Of a stretch of DNA of 64,000 nucleotides, positions 51,868-62,349 are shown one piece after another. Each line of letters begins with the position of its first letter. The first letter of the stretch is position 1. The translations under genes and the position numbers were made by a program. The notes under the pieces were generated by a model. It made no database searches, was not told the DNA's origin, and saw only the letters and a list, made by a program, of their open reading frames with translations. The DNA is taken from the NCBI GenBank assembly GCA_965223265.1, contig OZ244999.1, forward strand, positions 704,001-768,000, read 5' to 3'. This stretch comes from Planctomycetota bacterium (lineage in GTDB: Bacteria > Planctomycetota > UBA8108 > SXIK01).

Positions 51868-51973
51868 TGCGCTTCGCGATGTGGCGCTCGTCGATGTTGT
51901 GGGGCATGGTAGCTGAACAGGCCATCCAACAGGCTGTTGAACGGGTTGCTAACTTCTCAACGTCGGCCGCCCA

Positions 51974-52477
51974 TCACGATGCCGCAGCATCGTCGTCCTC
52001 CTCCCAGGCGGCTGTGTCGCCAACCTGGATGGATCCACCGACGAGGACTTCGCAGTAGATGCCGCCCCGCCAGTCGGGGTCCATCGCCTGCTGCAATCCT
52101 GGAAACGTTTTCTCCATGAGGCCGCACGGACGCGTCTCGCCGTTAACGCGCAGCTGGCACGCGCCGATGCGCAGCATTCGACCACGAGTATCTGCGAGGC
52201 GTAGCCCGTGAACCATGAGGTTGGCGCGCCGCGCACTGGGATCGAGATCTGCTCCGAGCTCAGCCATCATCTCGCGCCACGCCTCGGCGGCGATGATCGT
52301 CACTTGGCGTTTTCCGCCGCGGTCCGCGTTGCCCTCGATGCCACTACCGGCCTCGAGAGTTGCCGACTCGACCTGATCCATCACGCCGCTTTTAGCGCGC
52401 TTGACCCAGATGGCTTCTAATCCAGCAGCAGCCACTTCAAATCCTCCGGGAGAATGTCGTGATTCTATCGGCGCCAC
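51974..52477 (-). CDS. MOSC domain protein
   Basis: RQVTII, RRANL, TRPC, GGSIQVGD. Confidence 0.85.
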   Translation of the reverse strand: MAPIESRHSPGGFEVAAAGLEAIWVKRAKSGVMDQVESATLEAGSGIEGNADRGGKRQVTIIAAEAWREMMAELGADLDPSARRANLMVHGLRLADTRGRMLRIGACQLRVNGETRPCGLMEKTFPGLQQAMDPDWRGGIYCEVLVGGSIQVGDTAAWEEDDDAAAS

Positions 52478-52537
52478 ACCGACGTATCCATCTCCGAGCG
52501 CCGTCGAAACGCGCTGAGTGCTACGGCGCGGGCGTGA

Positions 52538-53326
52538 TCAGAAACGTTCGGTCCAGGAACGCGCACCGTACTTCTCTCGAATCAACTCGTCGAGATCAAA
52601 GTCGACGGAGGCGACTCCATCGTCGGGCGACTGTGTGGTCCACGCCGCAGCGATCCGCCCCTTGATGGTGTCAACGGGCAGCGGCACGTTACGGCAGAAG
52701 TCCCGGTGGGTTCGCGAACGCCGGTACTCCGGGGATCGAGGTGGGGGTTTGAGGTAGCGTTCGACGAGCTCCAGATCGAAGTCGTAGAGGATCGTGCCAT
52801 GATGGAGTAGGGCGTGTCGCGTGCGTTTTTGTGCGTTACCGGAGATCTTTCGATCGCCGAGGATCAAATCTGACGTTCCCGCTAGGGCGACGCTCGGATC
52901 GAGTTGTGCAGGCGAGAGGGAGAGGTCGCCGAGCCGATCCGCCACGGTCGTGAGTATCGATCGGTAACTGGCCGTCAGGTCGCGGAGCTCTGGCCGACGG
53001 GCGAGCGAAAGGACCAGAGAAAAATTGAGGCATCCAGGGCCTTGGAGGACCGTGCCGCCGCCCGAAGCCCGCCGCAAGATCGGGATGCCGTCACGGCGAC
53101 ACGCGGGCACGTCAGCCTCCTCGTGAAATCGCCCCGCCACTCCAAGAACGACGAAGTGCGCCGGGCTCTCCCAAAAGCGTATGTATTCGCACTGCGCGCA
53201 GGACTCCGGGGCGGCGAATCGCTCTTCTGCTGCGCGCAGTAGTGCCTCGTCGTAGGCGAGGTTCTCTTCGGGGCAGGTGAATGTTCGGTCGAGTAGCCGC
53301 GCTGCTGCGGTGTTGGGTTCTCTCAT
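52538..53326 (-). CDS. Lipoate-protein ligase family (LplA/LipM-like)
   Basis: NLAYDEALL, RRASGGGTV, KISGNAQ, HHGTIL. Confidence 0.9.
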   Translation of the reverse strand: MREPNTAAARLLDRTFTCPEENLAYDEALLRAAEERFAAPESCAQCEYIRFWESPAHFVVLGVAGRFHEEADVPACRRDGIPILRRASGGGTVLQGPGCLNFSLVLSLARRPELRDLTASYRSILTTVADRLGDLSLSPAQLDPSVALAGTSDLILGDRKISGNAQKRTRHALLHHGTILYDFDLELVERYLKPPPRSPEYRRSRTHRDFCRNVPLPVDTIKGRIAAAWTTQSPDDGVASVDFDLDELIREKYGARSWTERF

Positions 53327-53513
53327 CGCGGCGATTCGCTCGAGTTTACCTGTCGTGAGGCTTGTGCACGACCGATCGTGCTGTCGCCGGACCGATCGCT
53401 TCGCCGGCGGGCGGGTCCGGCACGGTATTTGTGTGCGCTGATTGGGCTGCGTTCTCCGTGAAGCAGGGCTTGGGCTGTCCCACTCGAGGGATAAACTTGA
53501 AGTAAGGCTCTAG

Positions 53514-53672
53514 CAGCCCGTTGAAAAAGTCATTCGGCCGAGAAACTGGCCTCTTCACGCCCAGATCGACCGCGGCGAGCCTCGAAAATCTCGGAGATTA
53601 CCTACGTTCGCCGCGGTCGATCTGGACGCGAAGCGACCAGTTTTCGACTCGAAGCACTTTTTCAACAGGCTG
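53514..53672. mobile_element. MITE copy 2: palindromic, CTAG target duplication
   Basis: CTAG at 53510-53513 and 53673-53676; same ends and arms as 27935-28113. Confidence 0.88.
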
Positions 53673-53897
53673 CTAGCATCCGTGTGCGCCGTCGTGCTAC
53701 CGCCGGCCTCAGTTCACTGCCGGCAAAGCAACTCGCGACCGCCAGCAGTCATGCGCTGCAATTTACCCCTTTGCGCCGGCGTCCTCAAATCCTCAGTGAC
53801 GTCGGTCAGCTCGCACGTCATCGACTCTCCTCGGCGTCCTCTCCGGCACCGCCCTTCCTTCCTCTTCCCCATTCCCTCTTCCCCCTTGCTCTGCGTC

Positions 53898-55076
53898 ATG
53901 AGCTCCCTTCCCGCAAGCCGTCGATCTTTTCGGTTCGCGCCGCCTTTGAGTCGCTTGAGTGGCGTCGCCGGCCACGCGTGTGCGACTGCCGTGCTTGCAG
54001 TCTGCTGCATGGGGACGTTCTTCTGCCCACTCCAGGCGCAGGAGGAATTCATCATGGCGGGTGAGTCAGAGGTCGACAGCCCCGCCGACCGGACGTACGG
54101 GGGCGACCGAATCGACGACGTCACGACCGAAGCATCGTCTCCGCCACGAGTCTTCGGACCGCTACCGCTACGCTCTCTCGCCGGGTTGGCGCTGATCTTT
54201 CATCAACCGGTCGGCGAGCGCGCGACGACTCTCGAAGCTGGCCGATGGCGCTTCTCCACCCACCTTCACTACGCGGCGATCGAGGACGAAGGTATCGTCG
54301 ACGAAGTGTCTGTGATGCTCGACGGTGAACTCCTGCGCTGGGAGCTGCAGTCGGAGTTTGGTATCTCGGACCGTTTGCAGATGACGTTCACTCTGCCGTT
54401 CGTCCATACGACAGGGGGATTCCTTGACGATATCATCGACGACTTTCACTCAGCCACAGGCTTAGAGCGATCCGGCTCGGAATTCAGAAACGCCTTCGTA
54501 CAGCGGATTTCCCGCGGCGACGAAGTTGCCTACGCGGTTGACGAGAATGAGTTCACTATCTCCGATCTCTCCATCCAGTTTAAGTATCGAGTGTTTTCAG
54601 AAGATGAAGCACCGGTCGCCGTCGCGACGCGGGTCAGCATCGAACTGCCGACCGGCAACAGCCAGAAGAGTCTTGGAAGTGGCGGTGTCGACGCAGGAAT
54701 CGGCGTCCTCTTGGAGAAGAACTGGGAGAAGTTCAGCGTGTTTTTGAGCGGCGACTACCTTTTCTATCAGCGACCGAATCAGTTCAAGGCAGCGTCTCTG
54801 CAGCTTGAGGATTTCGTCTTCGCCTCGACGGCATCCGTTGAGTGGCGCCCGCGCCCTTGGTGGGCTTTGAACGTCCAGGTCGACTATCTCTCGAACGCGG
54901 TACGCAGCACGGACGTCGGCGAGCTCGAGCAGGACCAGCTCACCGCGTCGCTCGGACTGTCCGTCGCGCTGAGTGACCATTCGACGCTACGCTTAGCGTT
55001 TACCGAAGATCTGACCGGTGCGGCGACCGCGGATATCGCGTTCTACCTTGGGTTGATCTGGGAGCCTGGAGGTTGA
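53898..55076 (+). CDS. DUF3187-like outer-membrane beta-barrel protein (start uncertain)
   Basis: LDGELLR, GGFLDDIIDDFH, ELPTG..LGSGGVD; amphipathic beta strands. Confidence 0.65.
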   Translation: MSSLPASRRSFRFAPPLSRLSGVAGHACATAVLAVCCMGTFFCPLQAQEEFIMAGESEVDSPADRTYGGDRIDDVTTEASSPPRVFGPLPLRSLAGLALIFHQPVGERATTLEAGRWRFSTHLHYAAIEDEGIVDEVSVMLDGELLRWELQSEFGISDRLQMTFTLPFVHTTGGFLDDIIDDFHSATGLERSGSEFRNAFVQRISRGDEVAYAVDENEFTISDLSIQFKYRVFSEDEAPVAVATRVSIELPTGNSQKSLGSGGVDAGIGVLLEKNWEKFSVFLSGDYLFYQRPNQFKAASLQLEDFVFASTASVEWRPRPWWALNVQVDYLSNAVRSTDVGELEQDQLTASLGLSVALSDHSTLRLAFTEDLTGAATADIAFYLGLIWEPGG

Positions 55077-55100
55077 TGCACCGGCGGCGCGGGGAGTGTA

Positions 55101-55200
55101 AGGCAGAGGCAGAGTCGCCCACGCGAACGCTCACGCTCACGCCCACCCTCATGCGAACGCAAAACGCCGGCGAAGATCAAACGCAGTCCGACTCAGACCC
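55101..55200. repeat. Short bipartite hexamer array (GAGGCA, then CCCACG/CTCACG)
   Basis: AGGCAGAGGCAGAGTCGCCCACGCGAACGCTCACGCTCACGCCCACC. Confidence 0.65.
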
Positions 55201-55544
55201 CGACGCCGCGTCGGCTCGCCCGCGGTGCGGCGCTTTGCGACTCGTTCGCGCAGGCGACAGCGGCTCGGCTCGGGACGTTGCGACGATGAAGGTCGTTGAA
55301 GTACACCCCAACGCCTGTCAAAAAAATGACGGCAAGAAACGCCTTCGGCTCGGTGAATAGCACGCCATTAGCGACATTCGAACCGCGGCGCCAATGATCA
55401 CGTACAGTGAAGTACGCTCCGCGTGCCGCCACGTCTCAAACGCCGCTACTGACGCACTCTTCACCGTTCTTACTCGCCATTTTTCTGCGGCGTTGGGGTA
55501 CACTGTCAAAACGTCTCAGAGTTGATCGCGGGAAGGAGGGCTGA

Positions 55545-56540
55545 ATGCTCGTTCGTGTTCGTCGCGCTTGGGAATCGGTCGCGCCCTGCGAGACCTCGGA
55601 GTCGGCATACTACTCACGTCGGCGATTCATCGGCATGGCTGCGGGAGCAGGACTGGCGGCAGTCGGCATGGGGGACTCATCGACATGGACGAGCGAGGAG
55701 CCTGCGCACGCCAAAGAGGACGATTCCGTTCGCGACGTGGACGCGCCGGCAAAGCAAAAGACGCGACAGCTTTACCCAGCCCCACGCAACGAGAAGTTCA
55801 AGCTCGATCGCGCCATGACGCTTGAAGGGATCGCCACGGCGTACAACAACTTTTATGAGTTTTCGTTTGGCAAAACGGCTGTCGCTGCGCTGGCGCAAAA
55901 GAAGGTGACGACGCCGTGGAGTGTCGAGGTCGCTGGCCTTGTCGCTAAGCCGCGACGATTCGACGTCAGCGATCTCGTGCGCCGGATCGAACTCGAAGAA
56001 CGCCTCTACCGCTTTCGATGCGTGGAAACGTGGGCGATGGCTGTGCCGTGGACGGGGTTCCCTCTGGCCAAGCTTCTCAAGTTGGTTGAACCCTTGGGTT
56101 CGGCGAAATTCGTCCGCTTTGTTACGTTTCACAACCCCGAATGGGGCGACGGATTCAAGGACGATACGTATCCTTGGCCTTACTTCGAGGCGCTCACGAT
56201 TGAAGAAGCCATGAACGAGATGACATTGCTCGCCACCGGGCTCTACGGTAAGCCCTTGCCGAAACAGAATGGCGCGCCGGTGAGGCTTGTGGTGCCCTGG
56301 AAGTATGGTTTCAAGAGTATTAAGTCGATCGTTCGCGTCGAGCTCACGGAGAAGCAGCCGCCAACGTTTTGGAGCCAGGTCGTCCCACACGAGTACAAGT
56401 TTGAGGCGAATGTGGATCCGGCCGTACCGCATCCACGCTGGTCGCAAGCACGCGAACGGATGATCGGTACGAACGAGGTGCGCCCGACGTTGCCATACAA
56501 CGGCTACAGTGAACAGGTAGCGCACCTCTACAAGAAGTGA
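55545..56540 (+). CDS. msrP: Protein-methionine-sulfoxide reductase catalytic subunit
   Basis: Tat motif SRRRFI; YNNFYEF, YRFRCVETW, QNGAPVRLVVPWKYGFKSIKSI, HPRWSQA. Confidence 0.95.
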   Translation: MLVRVRRAWESVAPCETSESAYYSRRRFIGMAAGAGLAAVGMGDSSTWTSEEPAHAKEDDSVRDVDAPAKQKTRQLYPAPRNEKFKLDRAMTLEGIATAYNNFYEFSFGKTAVAALAQKKVTTPWSVEVAGLVAKPRRFDVSDLVRRIELEERLYRFRCVETWAMAVPWTGFPLAKLLKLVEPLGSAKFVRFVTFHNPEWGDGFKDDTYPWPYFEALTIEEAMNEMTLLATGLYGKPLPKQNGAPVRLVVPWKYGFKSIKSIVRVELTEKQPPTFWSQVVPHEYKFEANVDPAVPHPRWSQARERMIGTNEVRPTLPYNGYSEQVAHLYKK

Positions 56541-56576
56541 GCGAAGCCATGAGCCAGCGAGTCTTCTGCACGTGGG

Positions 56577-58868
56577 TCACTCGAGTGGTGACGTCAAGAA
56601 GTCGTCTGGTAGGTGTGCGGCCAGCGCCGCCTTGATTTCCGCTGCGACACCTCGCTCAAGGATGGCTTTTGCGTCCTTTTTGAGGGGCCGGACATCTGAC
56701 GATGCAAGAAGGCGTTTCGTCTCTGGAATCGCTCCCGGTGCGACGCTGAGCGCGTCGATTCCAAGTGCCACGAGCAACAGCGCCAGAGTTGGCACGCTGG
56801 CGATTTCTCCGCACAGACTGACAGCGACGCCTCGGTCCGCGGCGGCGCCGATGACGCGGTCGATTGCACGCAGCACGGCCGGGTGGTAGGGGTCGTCATC
56901 GCTCGCTGCCTTTTCGTTCTCGCGATCGACGGCAAGATAGAACTGCGTTAGATCGTTGGAGCCGATCGACAAGTAATCGACCTCGCTGACAATGTCCGAG
57001 ATGATCTCGACTGCCCCGGGCACCTCGATCATGGCTCCCAGGCGAGGTGGGCGCTCGACCGGCGCGTCCTGCAGTGCGTCGAAGATAAGCTCCTTCGTCC
57101 GGCGCAGTTCAGTCAGCGAACCGACCATGGGAATCAAGATCTGCAGTCGTTGACCGTCTGCTGCTCTGGCGAAAGCGCGTACTTGGCGCTGAAGGATTTC
57201 TGGGTGTCGCAGAAGAAGGCGAAGGGATCTGTAGCCGCGGAACGGATTGCGGTCGGCCTGCAGGGTGTTACCTGGCATGAGCTTGTCACCGCCGAGATCA
57301 AGCAAGCGAAACCAAACGTCGTCGAAGTAGTCGAAGACCTTTGTATACGTGCGGGCTTGTTCTTCCTCGTCCGGGATGCCTTCGCGAACTAGGAAAGGGA
57401 ACTCCGTTCGAAAGAGGCCGACACCTTCCGCACCGTGATCGCGAGCCATCTTGAGGTCGGCCGTGAGACTGATGTTGGCGAGGACCCGAACCCTGCTACC
57501 ATCTTGTGTGCGCGCAGGAACATGGCTGAACTTAAGAGCGATGCTGCGCTCCGCCGTCACTCTCTCGAGTTTCTTTTCGTAGTCGCGCAGGGTCGTTGCT
57601 GTTGGCGAAAGGATCACCTTGCCAGTGTCGCCGTCGACGATGAGCGTGCTTCCCGTCGAGATGGAGCCGAGCGCACTGTCGAGACCACTCACCGCGGGGA
57701 TTCCGAGCGAGCGCGCCAGCAGGGCGCCGTGTGACGTCGAGCCGCCATGCACTGTGATGAGCCCACGCGCGCCTTCGGCCTTGAGTTCAACGACAAGGGA
57801 AGGCGCCAGGCCGGTGGAGACGACGATCTTGTCGGCTTTCGTCGACTCGTCTGCCACGCCGCTCGCGAGATGGCTCACCAGCCGTGTCCGCAGGTCGATG
57901 ATGTCCTCGACGCGCTCCTGCAGATATGGATCGGTCACTCCCCGCAGTTTGGCTGCGAACTGCTCGAGTGCCGCGTAGACCGCGATAGGCGCTGCGATAC
58001 CCTCCGCGATCGAGCGCTCTATGCGCTCGTGGATGACCGGGTCGTTAAGGAGAAGAAGGTGCGACGAAAAGATCAGCGCGTGCTCGTCGTCGGTCTCGCG
58101 CCGAGCGGCCACCTGCAATTTAGAGACTTCTTCCAGCGTTTTTCGAAAGGCCTCTTTGACATAAGACCGCTCCGTGTCCGCTCCCTCGAAAGGACGATCG
58201 AGCAGGTCCAAGTGCACGTCGCCGGATCCACACACCAGAGCGCTCCCGATCGCGATGCCCGGAGCGATGGCCGTGCCATCGAGAACGACTTCACCGCTGG
58301 CGAGCGGTTTGCTGCCTTTCCATGTCCCACTTTGCCACTCACGCACCTCAACGAGGTAGTTCGCACCTTCATGCCCTCGGTCGAGGGCGTCGATGAGTCG
58401 AGCGTTTTCAACGATCCCAACCAACTGGGCCGCAATGGTTGTCAGTGTGTGAACATCGTGTTCGGAATAGGTGCGTTCTTCGCGTGTCTGCACCACCAGA
58501 GCGCCGACCGGACGCGCTCGAATGGCGAGCGGGACGCCGAGGAACGAATGGAACTCTTCTTCTTGAGTTTCGGGGAAGTAGCGATACCCGGGGTGCGCCG
58601 CCGCATCTTCGACCGCCAGAGACCTGAGTTGCTCAACAACGATGCCTGTGAGCCCTTCTCCTGACTCGAGACTGACCTTGCCGAGCGCTTCTTGAGCCAG
58701 ACCGTGCGTGGCGCGGAGCTCGAGTTTGTGGGTGTGTGGGTCGAGAAGGTAGATCGACGCCACGTCGGTCTGCATTTCCTCGGCGACGAGTTGCACCGTT
58801 TGGTTCAAGATGTCGCCCAGCGAATGCGACTTCTGGATCACCATCGAGAGTCGATGAGGCAAACTCAT
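56577..58868 (-). CDS. ptsP: Phosphoenolpyruvate-protein phosphotransferase with N-terminal GAF (EI-Ntr)
   Basis: GAF domain; GGSTSHGALLARSLGIP (phospho-His), GLFRTEF, SIGSNDLTQF, SLCGE. Confidence 0.92.
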   Translation of the reverse strand: MSLPHRLSMVIQKSHSLGDILNQTVQLVAEEMQTDVASIYLLDPHTHKLELRATHGLAQEALGKVSLESGEGLTGIVVEQLRSLAVEDAAAHPGYRYFPETQEEEFHSFLGVPLAIRARPVGALVVQTREERTYSEHDVHTLTTIAAQLVGIVENARLIDALDRGHEGANYLVEVREWQSGTWKGSKPLASGEVVLDGTAIAPGIAIGSALVCGSGDVHLDLLDRPFEGADTERSYVKEAFRKTLEEVSKLQVAARRETDDEHALIFSSHLLLLNDPVIHERIERSIAEGIAAPIAVYAALEQFAAKLRGVTDPYLQERVEDIIDLRTRLVSHLASGVADESTKADKIVVSTGLAPSLVVELKAEGARGLITVHGGSTSHGALLARSLGIPAVSGLDSALGSISTGSTLIVDGDTGKVILSPTATTLRDYEKKLERVTAERSIALKFSHVPARTQDGSRVRVLANISLTADLKMARDHGAEGVGLFRTEFPFLVREGIPDEEEQARTYTKVFDYFDDVWFRLLDLGGDKLMPGNTLQADRNPFRGYRSLRLLLRHPEILQRQVRAFARAADGQRLQILIPMVGSLTELRRTKELIFDALQDAPVERPPRLGAMIEVPGAVEIISDIVSEVDYLSIGSNDLTQFYLAVDRENEKAASDDDPYHPAVLRAIDRVIGAAADRGVAVSLCGEIASVPTLALLLVALGIDALSVAPGAIPETKRLLASSDVRPLKKDAKAILERGVAAEIKAALAAHLPDDFLTSPLE

Positions 58869-59416
58869 GGTTCGTTCACCACGTTGAGGACTTGCTTCAT
58901 CCTTCTGCCCGGTTCGTCCCAGTCAATGCGGACTGGTTCGATCCCACGAGACTGGTACGCTCGAAAGAGGTACCGATGCACTCTTTCTGCTTCGGCCGGA
59001 GTGTCCGTGCGTGTGGTCGTTGGCGTGTACTCAGGGCTTAGCTCAAGAAAGAAAACGGTGCGATAGCGTGCTTTCGCCTCGAGCCAAGCGCTCTCGAGCT
59101 CAGGAAATGGACTCAAGCCAGCAAGCTGTAGGTAGCCGAAGTGGTCGCCGACACCGCGATCAACGAAGATAGGGCGAGGATTTTCACCGTGCTCGGCAAC
59201 GGCGGTTCTCTCGCGCTCGAGTTGAGTGGTGAGGACGAGTTGTTGAAACTTCTCGGTGCCGCGCTCGAGGCCGCTCGTCTGGATCACATCAGATGCCGCT
59301 TCGCGCACCGTCCGAAACCCTGCTGCTGCAAGAGCCTCGAGGAGCGTCGTCTTTCCAGCGCACGGGCCACCGGTCAATACGCAGAGGGGGCGGTTTCGGG
59401 TTGGTTGTTCGTCCAT
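58865..59416 (-). CDS. AAA_28-like P-loop NTPase/kinase
   Basis: LTGGPCAGKTT, FVDRG; ATGA overlap with ptsP. Confidence 0.8.
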   Translation of the reverse strand: MDEQPTRNRPLCVLTGGPCAGKTTLLEALAAAGFRTVREAASDVIQTSGLERGTEKFQQLVLTTQLERERTAVAEHGENPRPIFVDRGVGDHFGYLQLAGLSPFPELESAWLEAKARYRTVFFLELSPEYTPTTTRTDTPAEAERVHRYLFRAYQSRGIEPVRIDWDEPGRRMKQVLNVVNEP

Positions 59417-59582
59417 GGGGGTTCACTCTCGATCAGCGCCAGCCCCGCATCGCTTCGACGCGGCGTTGCCGACGCACCGATCTCAACACGTCGAAACGGC
59501 TGTCGAGCAGCTACCGCAGTTTGGACGTGAGGCGCCGGGCATTTGACTTTCGGCGGACTACGCCCGTCGGTGCTCTGTCTCT

Positions 59583-59987
59583 TCACCTCGATCTGAGCGA
59601 ATAGTTCAGCACGTGCGGCAGATGCCCGGTTTTGTCGACCAGGGGGACGACTTCAGCGCGAGGGCGCTTGGCGAGAAGATTGCTCTGCTCGGCTATGAGT
59701 GTCCACTCAAGGGCTGTTGTCGACAAGCTGAACTCCTGCGCCAGTCGCTCGGTGTCGCGACGGGACAAGATTTTTGCTCCGACGACGCGTTCTAACTCCT
59801 CTGGAAGCCCCCGGATGACCTGTGGATACTCTGGTTCATCGGCACACAGGTGCATTTCCAGCGTCTTGTAGGGGCGGCGAATGCCGGCGAGGGACGCAGC
59901 CTCGATCCAGAGCGCGCGAACGAGCTCGTGTTCGACCGCCCAGTCGACCAGCGAATCGACGATTTCGTCCAGCGCCTCGATCTTCAT
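59583..59987 (-). CDS. Hypothetical protein, possibly a degenerate nucleotidyltransferase fold
   Basis: Coding-like composition; VRALWIEAASLAG...YKTLEMHL and PLVDKTG patterns. Confidence 0.55.
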   Translation of the reverse strand: MKIEALDEIVDSLVDWAVEHELVRALWIEAASLAGIRRPYKTLEMHLCADEPEYPQVIRGLPEELERVVGAKILSRRDTERLAQEFSLSTTALEWTLIAEQSNLLAKRPRAEVVPLVDKTGHLPHVLNYSLRSR

Positions 59988-60061
59988 TCCGTAAGCGGTA
60001 TCCAGTGTTCAATCGAGTGGGGGAGGGAACGACGAGCCCAGCGCTCGCGGTGACACACTCA

Positions 60062-60970
60062 TCACGACTTCGGGCTGCGATATCTTTCCGAGTTCGCCTT
60101 CAAGAATCCCCACTCCTCGTCGGTGAGGCTATCCGCACCTTCGGTGGAGATCTTTTCGAGCAACTCCTCGATCCGCCGTGAGATCGCTGCGACCTCCGGC
60201 GACGAGGAGGTTTCGTTGGCGTTCAGCTCTCCGGGGTCGCCAGCGGAACTTCTGACGGCCACCCGCGTTCGCGACAACCGAGGGCGTTTGACGCGGCGAC
60301 TCCAGCGCCTGGCAGACCACAGTCGACTCAAACGCAAATCAAAGCGATAGTGGAGGAATCCGTAGGCCGCACCGGAGAGGTGAGCGAAGCGTGCGACGTC
60401 ATCTTTCTCGCTCCCGATGAGCGCGGCGAGCAGATTGACGGCGACCAAGAACAGGCACAGAGTCCAGACAGGCGCACTGAAGAAGAACAGCAAGATTTCG
60501 CGGTGGGGGTCCATCATCGTGAAGATCACCACCAAGGCGAGCACTGCACCGGACGCACCGACCACGGTCGTGCGGGTGTCGCCTTTGAGCTGGAGCACTG
60601 CGAGCTCGCCCAAGATGGCGACGGCGCCGGCGACGAGGAAGAGCGCCATGAAATCGCGTCTGCCGTACATGCGCTCGACTTCGCGTCCGAAAAAAAAGAG
60701 GAGGAGCATGTTCATCGCGAGATGGAATGCGTCCTCGAGATCGTGCACGAAGTTCGCAGTGAAGGGACGCCAGATTTGTAGGCTGCCGAACACGGTGTTA
60801 GCCGACGCGCCCAGAACCTCCTGCAGGGGGCTTCCCTCGTCGGACGTGAAGATCTCAACGAGCCAAAGCACCACACTCGCGATGATGATGATGCCGACCG
60901 CGGTGCGCGTCCAAGCCTTGAACTGCGCATTGCCGTCTGAGCGGTAATAGTCGCGATCGTGAATTGCCAT
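60062..60970 (-). CDS. Rhomboid intramembrane serine protease with C-terminal DUF6576-like tail
   Basis: WRPFTANFVH, HLAMNM, GASGA, AHLSG; IEELLEKISTEGADSLTDEE. Confidence 0.9.
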   Translation of the reverse strand: MAIHDRDYYRSDGNAQFKAWTRTAVGIIIIASVVLWLVEIFTSDEGSPLQEVLGASANTVFGSLQIWRPFTANFVHDLEDAFHLAMNMLLLFFFGREVERMYGRRDFMALFLVAGAVAILGELAVLQLKGDTRTTVVGASGAVLALVVIFTMMDPHREILLFFFSAPVWTLCLFLVAVNLLAALIGSEKDDVARFAHLSGAAYGFLHYRFDLRLSRLWSARRWSRRVKRPRLSRTRVAVRSSAGDPGELNANETSSSPEVAAISRRIEELLEKISTEGADSLTDEEWGFLKANSERYRSPKS

Positions 60971-60985
60971 GCTGGTTTGTTTGGG

Positions 60986-61090
60986 TTGTCCTACGTCGCC
61001 ATGTTCTATGCTGCGATGTTCTATGCTGCGATGTTCTATGCTGCGATGTTCTACGTCGTGATGTCCTGCCGCAATGTCCTACTCCCACGA
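60986..61090. repeat. 15-bp tandem repeat (ATGTTCTATGCTGCG x3 perfect, plus degenerate flanking copies)
   Basis: Perfect units at 61001, 61016, 61031; degenerate units at 60986, 61046, 61061. Confidence 0.9.
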
Positions 61091-61273
61091 TGTGTGGCGA
61101 CATTCTCTTCTAGTTTTATCGTCCGTGCGCGGCGCAATTTCAAGTCCTGCTTTGACCTCGGAAGCGTGCAGGGCACCCCGGCCCGTACACCATCACTCCT
61201 CTCGGGGATGGGCGGTCGGCTCGCCTGTTAGGTTCCGGCGCCTCAACCCCCGAGTCGAATGGCCCTTTAATCC

Positions 61274-62080
61274 TTATTGACGTCGCCGCCAAGGCTCGTA
61301 ACGGCGGTAGCGGCCCATGCGATCTGTGCGTGGAATGACTTGCTGCGCCGGGCTGCGTAGACGGTGGATCCGCCTCAAGAGGAACGCGAACCCGACACCC
61401 ACGACGAATCCGCCGATATGGGCCCACCATGCCACACCGGCAGCGCCGCTGCTCAGAGCGCCCTGAAAGAGCTGTAGGAGAAACCATATTCCGAGAAAGA
61501 CAAACGCGGGGAGGACGACAATATCGACGTAGAAGAAAATCGGGATCAGCGTCAAGACCGTGGCGCGTGGGTAGAGCACGAAATACGCACCCATGACTCC
61601 TGCGATCGCTCCACTGGCGCCGATGGTCGGCACTGGTGACGACGCATTGGTCAACAAGTGAACAGCGCTGGCTGCAACTCCGGAGGCGAGATAGAAGAAC
61701 GAATAACCAAAGTGCCCCAAGCGATCCTCGACGTTGTCGCCGAAAATGAAGAGGAACCACATGTTGCCAAGAAAGTGGAGCACGCCGCCGTGAAGAAAGA
61801 TGCAGGTCAGCAGCGTGAGCCACGGAGGCACCGCGCTCGGTTCAGCGATCCTCTGCACGCGGACAGGACCCAGTTCACGATGATGAACGACTCCGTCAAC
61901 GACAACGGACGCTTCGGGGTTGAAAACTCGTTGAGGGATCATCCCGTAGCGCTCGACGAGCTCATGGCCATCACCGCCACCGGCGAGCTGGAGCCCGAAG
62001 ACGCCAGTCGTCACGGCGATCAGCACGTAGTTGACGATCGCCGGTCGGGACGTTTTGACGTTGTCGCGCAGTGGAATCAT
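61274..62080 (-). CDS. Rhomboid intramembrane serine protease
   Basis: MIPLRD, FLHGG..HFLGNM, GDNVEDRLG, GASGAIAG, AHIGGF. Confidence 0.93.
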   Translation of the reverse strand: MIPLRDNVKTSRPAIVNYVLIAVTTGVFGLQLAGGGDGHELVERYGMIPQRVFNPEASVVVDGVVHHRELGPVRVQRIAEPSAVPPWLTLLTCIFLHGGVLHFLGNMWFLFIFGDNVEDRLGHFGYSFFYLASGVAASAVHLLTNASSPVPTIGASGAIAGVMGAYFVLYPRATVLTLIPIFFYVDIVVLPAFVFLGIWFLLQLFQGALSSGAAGVAWWAHIGGFVVGVGFAFLLRRIHRLRSPAQQVIPRTDRMGRYRRYEPWRRRQ

Positions 62081-62349
62081 GAGGGTTGATCTTCGAGCTT
62101 GACCATTTTGCCCCGACCCGGCCGAACGAGTCTACCGCGACCCCGCGGCCTCTTGGACTTTTTGCGACCCCAGAAGATCGCGTGCAGGTTCACAAAACCC
62201 TGTGCGGTCCTTCGGCGAACGTTCTCCATGATCTGAAGTGTTAGAACCTTTTTGCGTTGGTGCGTGCCCGTGATTGCGGTCTACTATTGCCATCGTCCTT
62301 GTCGTTCGCAGCCGTACATCATACGTTTCCCCGTTGACTTTGCACGACG

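Noticed and set aside
60986-61090. Possible CRISPR array
   Set aside because: Contiguous 15-bp units with no spacers and no cas genes.
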